Assembly (NCBI GenBank): GCA_963805015.1
Contig: CAWDSL010000012.1
Coordinates: forward strand, 1,712 to 65,711
DNA from: an uncultured bacterium
GTDB taxonomy: Bacteria; Acidobacteriota; Aminicenantia; Aminicenantales; Saccharicenantaceae
Direction of reading: 5' to 3'
Length of the DNA: 64,000 nucleotides
Part shown: positions 57,036 through 64,000 of the stretch, one piece after another
Layout of the letters: each line of letters starts with the position of its first letter
Position numbering within the stretch: position 1 is the stretch's first letter
The notes under the pieces: generated by a model
Databases searched by the model: none
Told to the model about the DNA's origin: nothing
The model's input: the letters and a program-made list of their open reading frames with translations, nothing else
Made by a program: the position numbers and the translations under genes

Positions 57036-58211
57036 CGGATGATCACCTTCTGTACGCCTACCGCACGCAAGGCACTCGTCGCGATGCTGATCAAGGCCAT
57101 ACGAGATTTGTAATCTCTAAAGCTTTTATTTTCACCATCCATTATTGTTAGTAGCTCGGAGACAGACAAGTCAAGCTTTTTTGCCACATATTCAAAATCC
57201 TGCGACATAGTTAGTTCATCGTAAGCAGGTTCAGAGATTCGCTTTAGAGCCCCCTCTCGAGTCATTTGATGTGTCAATATCAAGCTCGAAAAATGAGCCC
57301 TACGCTTGTCGTAGCCGAACTTTCGCGGAAGCCAATAGCCTTCATAGAATCTTCGTAAATCGCGATTCATAGTGCTTATGAGAATACTTTTGCCACCCGA
57401 ATTTCTCTGAGAGTTCTTCCATCGCTCGTTCTTTTATATAGGGCACATAATCCAATATCTTGACTATCCTTACGCCTTTTATATAACGATAAAACAGTTT
57501 ATATTTAAAAATATCAGCCTGGGGGAACGTACGTAATGGGCGTTGCCCGAAACGGCGATGGATATCGCGCAATTGACGTAGATCTGAAGCATGATAATGC
57601 CATTCGAGAGGCTCCCTCACGCACTCTGTCGAATAGTTTGCTCCCGTTATTATGTACTTAAATCTGTTCTTGGCCGCGAAGTTATAGAGCGCGGCGAAAA
57701 AGGCGTGGTCTTGAGGAGTATCGACATGCGGTACTTGGGCTTTAAAGAAAGCTAATTGTAAATCCTTCATCTCCTCCCAGTCGACGACTTCGGTATAGAG
57801 GTCGAGCCCCAGTTTGTCCACGAGCTTCTCAATATTATTGACTGCCTCTTGGGAATTCCATCCAGCATCAACATGAAATAGCATTGGCCTTAAGCCATAT
57901 ATTTCTTTGGCAACATATGTTGCATACGAACTATCGACCCCGCCACTTATCCCGATCAAGCAGTCGTGTCTCCGATTACGACCTTCTCCCTTGATGCTCG
58001 AGATAATCCTCTTAAACTTCTCCCCTCCGATCGAACTGGGATGCCAAATTGGCTGTATATTCTTTTTATAATTCCGACAATAATCGCACCGCCCTTCCTC
58101 GTCAAAGTGAATATTCGGATCGCTAGTATCCATTATGCATTCTGAACAAATTCGGTAAATACGCTGATGCCTATGGGCTGTGTCAACTGACGTTCGCGAC
58201 ATCGGGGCCAT
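57032..58211 (-). CDS. wbuX: N-acetyl-sugar amidotransferase, PP-loop superfamily (WbuX/WbpG-like), 1 frame break
   Basis: ORF 57342..58211 has an N-terminal Cys4 (CSECI..CDYC) and a PP-loop (GISGGVDSSY). It continues as FYEGYWLPRKFGYDKRRAHF.. in ORF 57032..57370. Frame switch near 57355. Confidence 0.75.
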
Positions 58212-58221
58212 CTAAACCTCT

Positions 58222-59372
58222 TCAGTTAGCCGCTTGAGTGGTCAGCTCATGGAGCCTTGCCAAGGACCCAAGGTCCTTGTCCTCCCGGATGTAACGGCGT
58301 TCACTCGCCCAGTCCTTGGGGTAATCGAAGAGGCAGCAGATCGTCTGCCGGACGTAGCTTTCGACCGAGGGAGAGACCCCCACGAACCGGCTGCGCCGGC
58401 GGATTTCCATGATAAGCCGCTCCTGGCCGTTGGACGAGGAGATCCGATTCTTGTCGACCTCGGGGAAGTCGCAGAACGCCCGCGATTCCTCAAGGCCCTC
58501 TTCCAGGTAGCGGATGGCCTGAGGGAACCGCTTCTCGTAGTCGTCGATGAGAGCTGCGGCAGCTCGCCGGGCACACTTCTTGTCCGGCTCGAGCCAGATC
58601 TGCTTCAGATGGGCCGCGAAGCGGACCTTTTGCTTGTGCGAGACCTTAGCCAGGGAGTGATTCACAGAACTACTCTTAAGAAGTGATGTTCCGCATGAAG
58701 TGCACCTTGCAGCACTGCCACAAGACACCCAGCCACTCCTTCATGACCGCGGCATGGATGTCGGAGATGCATAGCGCGGTCCTTTTCATGCCTCGGGTTT
58801 TAGGTTTCCGGAAGAAGACGCGCCACGGGTCCTCCGACTCGTCGAGCATCGGCTCACGGCCAGGATCTCCCGAGAGTCGGCAGGATTAGCACCACAGGCG
58901 ATCATGACGGCCACCGAAACAATCCTCCCTTCAAGACGGAACTTCTAATACAGGGCATCGATCTAGAGGAAGGGATACTCCCTCGGCCAAGGGGCAAGCC
59001 CTAAAAGCGGCTACCTACGAGTCGAGTTCTTTATTGAACTCCGAGACTTGAGAAGCAGATATATTTTCGATGCCCATCGCCCGTGCCAGGCGTTCGATAT
59101 TAACGGTCGATACGCCGTAGATGAAGGCTTCCTGGACGATGGCGATCAGCGCTTGTTCGGATCGGCGCCTCTCCGAGACGAAAAACGGGATATAGCCGCC
59201 CTTCTGGACCTTGGGCACGAGCAAATAGACTGTTCCCAGCTTGGTATTCACCTTCCGGGCCCCAATCTCCGGAGAAGTAGGTTGTGCGGTCCTGAGCATG
59301 CTTTCCCTTGACCGACCCGACCTTGGCTTCGGCTTCGATCCTCATCATATCTGTCATCACCCACCTGAGCAT
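58222..59372 (-). mobile_element. IS256-family (Mutator-type) transposase pseudogene / IS remnant
   Basis: N-terminal pieces: MTDMMRIEAEAKVG..KHAQDRTTYFSG and GARKVNTKLGTVYLLVPKVQKGGYIPFFV..YGVSTVNIERLARAMGIENISASQVS (ORFs 59100..59372 and 59015..59299). Middle: REILAVEPMLDESEDPWRVFF..ISDIHAAVMKEWLGVLWQCCKVHFMRN, my own translation of about 58690-58890, interrupted by stops. C-terminus in ORF 58222..58728 (..ISSSNGQERLIMEIRRRSRFVG..). I found no terminal inverted repeats. Confidence 0.75.
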
Positions 59373-59562
59373 ACCCAGGAAAGGCTCTTACTCCGTGATT
59401 AACTGCAATAGCGCCCTATTTAAGGGTGTCCTATAATGCTGCCGGGCCATCGAGCTAAAAGTCCCCCTCTCATTTGTTTTTGCACCTGAAGAGAGTGTAT
59501 TATAGCCCATCTACTGTGCCATATTGCAAACGTCTCCGTCCACCAGCTAATCTTTTTCGCAA

Positions 59563-60777
59563 TTATTTCAATAAACCTTTATACAATTCAAAATATTCAT
59601 ATAAACGCTCTTCCTTGTTGAAGAACTTCACGACTCTTTCCCTGCAAGATTTGCTGAAAGATGCCTTACCAATCATCTTAATGACATCTATTGCTTTCAA
59701 CAACGATTCCATGTTTTGCCTTTCAACTACCAAGCCAGTTTGCACATCGACAATTTCTGGACCAGCTGTCGAATTATATACAATAGCAGGTGTACCACAC
59801 GCCAATGCTTCAGCAGTTGTCAGGCCGAATGATTCCTCAACTGAAAGATTAAGAAATATATCAGCGGCTTCATAGTAATCTCGTAGTTGTTTTTGGCTTT
59901 CAGTTTTGTTAAGTCCTATAATATTTTTTGGCAACCCTTTAATCTGACTATTGCTTAATCCAATGAGCACGATTACAGTATCTTCTTCAATATTTTTGCT
60001 TAATTCAATAAACTCATTATAACCTTTACGCGTGCTCCACTTGTTTGCCACACCTAATAAAACAAACCTATTATCTTTTTTGAATTTATCCTTAATAATA
60101 TTTATGCTATTTTCAGGCTTAAATACATCTATATCGATACCATTGTAAATAACTCTTCTTTTGATATTACCTAAAAATGATTCCCTTATTACGCTATCAA
60201 GCCATTTCGATACTGCTACAATAGTCATATCCTTGACCGAATTAAATAATCTCTTTTTTAGATAATAATTTTCTTTAGACCTATCGAAAAAGAGGCTAGC
60301 CGGATATTCTCTTTTTTGAGGACAATGATTGCATTCCGTTTTCCATTTCTGACATCCAACGAACTCAGAATGACAGCAATGACCTGTCATTGACCAACAG
60401 TCATGAAAAGTCCAGACCACAGGAATGGAGGCACTAGCCAAATATTCGAACAATATTTCAATGTTAATATAATACCCATGTAGATGGTGTAATTGTATTA
60501 TTCCAGGTTTGGTTTCTTTAATCTTTTTAATTAATTTTATGGTAGCTGCTTTAGACCCTAAACAATGCCTGTCAAGAATGCGTGTTCGTAATCCATGCAT
60601 AAAAACGCTACTTTTACGGCCAATATGAATCAGGTTTGATCTGCTCTGTCTTTGGAACCTAGCAAATGCTATATAACTTTCCCAGCCCTGTTCTAACGCA
60701 ACTACACCCAACGATTCTGCAATTCTTCCAGCCGATCCAGTATTCCCTTCAACACAAATCTGTAATAAGCTATCCAA
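59563..60777 (-). CDS. glycosyltransferase (GT4-like, WcaL-type)
   Basis: An intact 404-aa ORF in ~33 % GC DNA. The GT-B C-terminal half has an EX7E-like region (ESFGLTTAEALACGTPAIV). Confidence 0.7.
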   Translation of the reverse strand: MDSLLQICVEGNTGSAGRIAESLGVVALEQGWESYIAFARFQRQSRSNLIHIGRKSSVFMHGLRTRILDRHCLGSKAATIKLIKKIKETKPGIIQLHHLHGYYINIEILFEYLASASIPVVWTFHDCWSMTGHCCHSEFVGCQKWKTECNHCPQKREYPASLFFDRSKENYYLKKRLFNSVKDMTIVAVSKWLDSVIRESFLGNIKRRVIYNGIDIDVFKPENSINIIKDKFKKDNRFVLLGVANKWSTRKGYNEFIELSKNIEEDTVIVLIGLSNSQIKGLPKNIIGLNKTESQKQLRDYYEAADIFLNLSVEESFGLTTAEALACGTPAIVYNSTAGPEIVDVQTGLVVERQNMESLLKAIDVIKMIGKASFSKSCRERVVKFFNKEERLYEYFELYKGLLK

Positions 60778-60796
60778 GTTACTTAATCGTAACCTA

Positions 60797-61853
60797 TTAA
60801 TCAGTTAATATTGATAGAAAGTTGAAAGCAGACATTTCCGCGGTAATTTTTTGCCCCATTAAGTGACTCTTTTCGGCCATCCATATTAATTCATAATTAG
60901 TTGAGTTAATTATGTTCAGCATCTTATTTTCTAAATCTTCTATACTTCCAGATCTAAATATATAACCATTATATTTATTTATTACAAACACTACTGCCGC
61001 TCCGCAGACATCAGAACAGATTATTGGAAAACCAGCCGCCGATAACTCGTGTATTGCCAGTGACCATTGCTCTTTTCTGCTAGCAAGAACAAAGCAACCA
61101 TATTCTGTAATCCTATCTGCAAGATCCTCGGGCTGCAAATAGTCAACGATTTCTATATCGGGATAATTGGAAATATAGCTGTATAGAGATCCATTTCCAA
61201 TAACGCACAGTTTCCAATCCTTTGTTAAAGCCCTGGTTTTTAGCCTATCCCACGCTTGAACAAGAATATCCACACCTTTTACATATTCAAATCTACCGAT
61301 ATATAGAAAACGGTGCGGGTAACAATCTTTCTTTTTATTGCAGATCGATAATACGCAGAATTAAATAGTTCCGTATCTGCACTCAAGCAATTAAATATAA
61401 TTTCCTTGTTTTTAAAACCCAATCTTTTAGCAAACTCATATTGAAATGGACCGGCAACCCATGCATGGCTAAAGAATCTTGATTTAACATATGGAAATAG
61501 CAAAGAAGCTATTCTCTGCCTAGGAGTTTTCCACCAAATATCGTCAAACCCAGCAACTACCGGAATTCCTCGATTGCGAAGTAACCGGGCTGCTGTAAAT
61601 AGCCTTTGTCCATCCAGCCGGATATATATACTATCTGTGGACCAAGTTCATTAACAAATTCCTTAAGGTGCTTTACCGAATAGTTGGATCTCTTGTAATA
61701 ATATACGCCGCTAATCGCAGGCGGCCTATATAGATTAGACATAGAATAATCCCAATGTATTACGTGGACCTCAACCCCAGGTTTCTTAACATATTCCCGA
61801 AATATTGGAATCTGATATCCCATAAGCTCCGTATATAAATACAATATTTTCAT
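60797..61853 (-). CDS. glycosyltransferase (GT-B fold), 2 frame breaks
   Basis: The pieces ORF 61557..61853 (MKILYLYTELMGYQIPIF..), 61279..61503 and 60797..61273 (..QWSLAIHELSAAGFPIICSDVCGA..) together make one ~350-aa GT. ATGA overlap with the upstream gene at 61850..61853. Confidence 0.6.
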
Positions 61854-63081
61854 CCTAATTCTTCCATCCTTGATACGAAGCAGGAATAAAATCTACTTGC
61901 TTGGAGTTTATTGTTATTTCTATTTAATATAAATTTATTTGCTCGTGCACCGAATTCTAACAGTTCTTCTCTGGGCTTATTTAAAATGGACTTCATCGCG
62001 CGTCTATAACCGTCAACAGACTCCTTTTCGATCAAAAACACATAATCATAGTATTCTTCTGGCATACCTAGAATTTTTGTAGTCAGCAGAGGGGTCCCTG
62101 AAGCCATATATTCGATAATTTTTGATGGAAAAGAATATTTGGTATATTCCTCATGACTAAACCGGGGATTCACTAACACAGTCGCTTCAAGTTGCGCATT
62201 AATTATAATAGAATTATTTACATATCCGAAGAACGTTATCCTAGGGTCTTTAAGTGCGTATTCTCTAATTTTATTAACTAGCTTGCCGTTTCCATAGATC
62301 CATAGCCTATATTCTCCCCCAGACAATCCGGAAAATGCCTCAATTAATTCTTTTATGCCATCTTTTTCGTTCAATCCTCCACTATATAATATGGTCTTAT
62401 GTCTAGATTCATTCAGCTTATGATCTTTCTTTTCGGACATGCAAATATCGGCCAGCCCTTCCATTATTATGAACGGTTTGTTCCTATAATTAATTCGTTT
62501 ATTCATTGCGCTCGTTAAAAACACGAATCCATCAACTCTACTCATTATAGAATTACCAAGATATATAATTATCTTGTCCTTAATACTCAGCTTGCTTTTA
62601 TGTATGTATACCAGTTCCGGCAGATCCGTAACGATCGTTATCAATCTGACTTTTAAGAACCTTGAATAAAGGGCCGTAAAAAACGCGATATCGTATTTAA
62701 TATATCAAATACAACAAACCTTTCTTTACCAGCATTCAATAGAGCCCATGAAGATATCTTCAATAATAGATTAAATGCAATAGCGAGGTATCTGACGACG
62801 GGCAGGAGTATTATCGGAACGTAAGAATACGCCACTCCTTTTTCTATTTCCGGCCTAAACCGATATACAGTATTTTGAGCGCTTCTTTTGTGAACTTCCG
62901 GGACTCCGATAACATGCAAATCAAACAATTCACGATTCAGCGCCATCCCCTGTGCCAACAATCTGTGGTACTTTTGAGCTGCGATATTCGGCAGAGATAA
63001 CCTGCTCCCAAGTAATTTTTCTGATAGATATTCCGAACAGAGAGAATTGCTAATGTATAATACGCTAACTTTTTTGGTCAT
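61850..63081 (-). CDS. glycosyltransferase (GT4-like), interrupted near 62648
   Basis: ORF 62653..63081 (N-terminal half) plus ORF 61850..62644 (C-terminal half, ..SFPSKIIEYMASGTPLLTTK..) look like one GT split by a stop or frame break. Confidence 0.6.
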
Positions 63082-63267
63082 ATGGATATCGGCGAATCTA
63101 GTACATTATTATTCTGTTTGAAGTAGCAAGGGTCCGCAGTTAGGAACGCCTCATAACTAGAATGAATTCATGTGCTGTTCCTGCGACAATTTCGTCAGCA
63201 GCACCAATTTGCCTTGCTATTTGGGCAATTGAACGAATTGCTCCCCTCAATCCATCAGGCAGGATTT

Positions 63268-64000
63268 CTACAATCGCTCTATGCCTCTTGTTTTAACGGC
63301 TGTCCGGTAGATATGATTACTGGCAGGCTCGGGAGGGCCTGCAACTGCGCTGTTTGCTATTGATACTTTTGCTCTTCCTGTCAGTGTGCTCGATGGACAA
63401 TATTTTTTACATATTAGCCTTAATTCATGAGCTTCGAATATTCTTGTTAACTGAGTGGGTCTAAAATAGTTAAGATGTTCCCTATCAACATGAAGCCCGA
63501 AAGCTTTTTCGCCGTATGCGGCAATAGCGTCACCGTTGGGAGCTTGTATTGCTAATAAGCCCTTTGGTTTGACAAGGTCCGCCAGAGCCTTGATAGCCGC
63601 CAGCGGCTCTCCTAGGTGCTCGATTACGTCCATACAAACGACCCAGTCATATCGTCGTCCAGTAGCAAGAAAATCGATTAAGGAGCTATGGAGAAACTTC
63701 CAGTCCTTCACGCACCAACTGGTCCACGATGTTCTTGCTGACTTCGATTCCTACTGCATTATATTTTTCTTTGAGACACCTCCTTAGGATTTCACCGAGT
63801 CCGCACCCAACATCGAGTACACTAATTTCTTTTCGAGGATCAAGCCTTTTCATAAGGCTAATAACCTGGTTGTCAAATAAAGCAGTGCCCAACTTCTTTG
63901 TGACGACCTGTGCACTTTCGGAATATTTCATCTGGATTGTTTTTTCATCAGGCTGTGGCCACAAAGAAAAGTGCCCACATCTTACACATTCCGCAATCCG
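63268..64000 (-). CDS. class I SAM-dependent methyltransferase (partial, N-terminus beyond window end), frame break near 63705
   Basis: ORF 63686..63964 has motif I (VLDVGCGLGEIL), and its frame stays open to position 64000 (..IAECVRCGHFSLWPQPDEK). It continues as ..YDWVVCMDVIEHLGEPLAAIKAL..LLAIQAPN in ORF 63268..63711. The 3' end may extend toward ~63130 in another frame. Confidence 0.65.

Noticed and set aside
8898-57360. Programmed ribosomal frameshifting or transcriptional slippage as an explanation for the frame switches.
   Set aside because: The switches are far too numerous and occur in unrelated genes. They go in both +1 and -1 directions, often in compensating pairs tens to hundreds of nt apart. 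There is no common slippery heptamer or downstream structure. Several are at simple homopolymers, which is typical of sequencing indels.

Overview
64-kb window of a high-GC bacterial chromosome, roughly 65-68 % GC over most of its length by eye. I recognised no rRNA, tRNA or CRISPR array, and the taxon cannot be determined from the sequence alone.

**Layout**
- 1-27.3 kb: envelope and housekeeping genes. These are two zinc-ribbon membrane proteins, an SRPBCC/TPR/RDD fusion, an OMP plus lipoprotein pair, NRAMP mntH, an MscS channel and class II RNR nrdJ. They are followed by a gamma-CA-like protein, a HAD phosphatase, a C39-like peptidase, PilZ plus a coiled-coil protein, and DUF2961. The block ends with a ~2080-aa lipoprotein alpha-2-macroglobulin carrying a CTEQ thioester motif, a beta-lactamase-fold hydrolase and a DUF362-like protein.
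- 27.3-31.6 kb: a ~50 % GC islet with four NTF2/SnoaL-like lipoproteins (three are tandem paralogs) and a TPR membrane protein.
- 31.7-36 kb: a secreted protein with a T3SS-needle-like C-terminal helix, then an M16 peptidase pair.
- 36-64 kb: one minus-strand surface-polysaccharide locus of about 28 kb. In transcription order it runs methyltransferase, 3 GTs, IS256 remnant, wbuXYZ, fnlABC, wbuB, epimerase, initiating GT, capD, OMP, wza, wzc, PHP tyrosine phosphatase, three novel-looking anchored beta-sandwich paralogs, Wzy/O-antigen-ligase-like plus TPR, and a TolB-like propeller. GC steps down from ~65 to ~50 to ~33 % along it.

**Cross-cutting observations**
1. There are at least 40 reading-frame breaks, many at homopolymers, concentrated in some genes and absent from others.
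2. An interspersed ~27-nt inverted-repeat family (AAAATCGGGGACA...TGTCCCCGATTTT) occurs at 9 or more mostly intergenic sites.
3. The best candidate for an undescribed module is the triplet of signal-peptide / CarboxypepD_reg-like / C-terminal-TM proteins. They share an invariant E-x-S-P-I tail and sit between the Wzc/Wza/phosphatase genes and the Wzy-like gene.

All calls rest on reading the ORF translations and the DNA directly. No database search was run.
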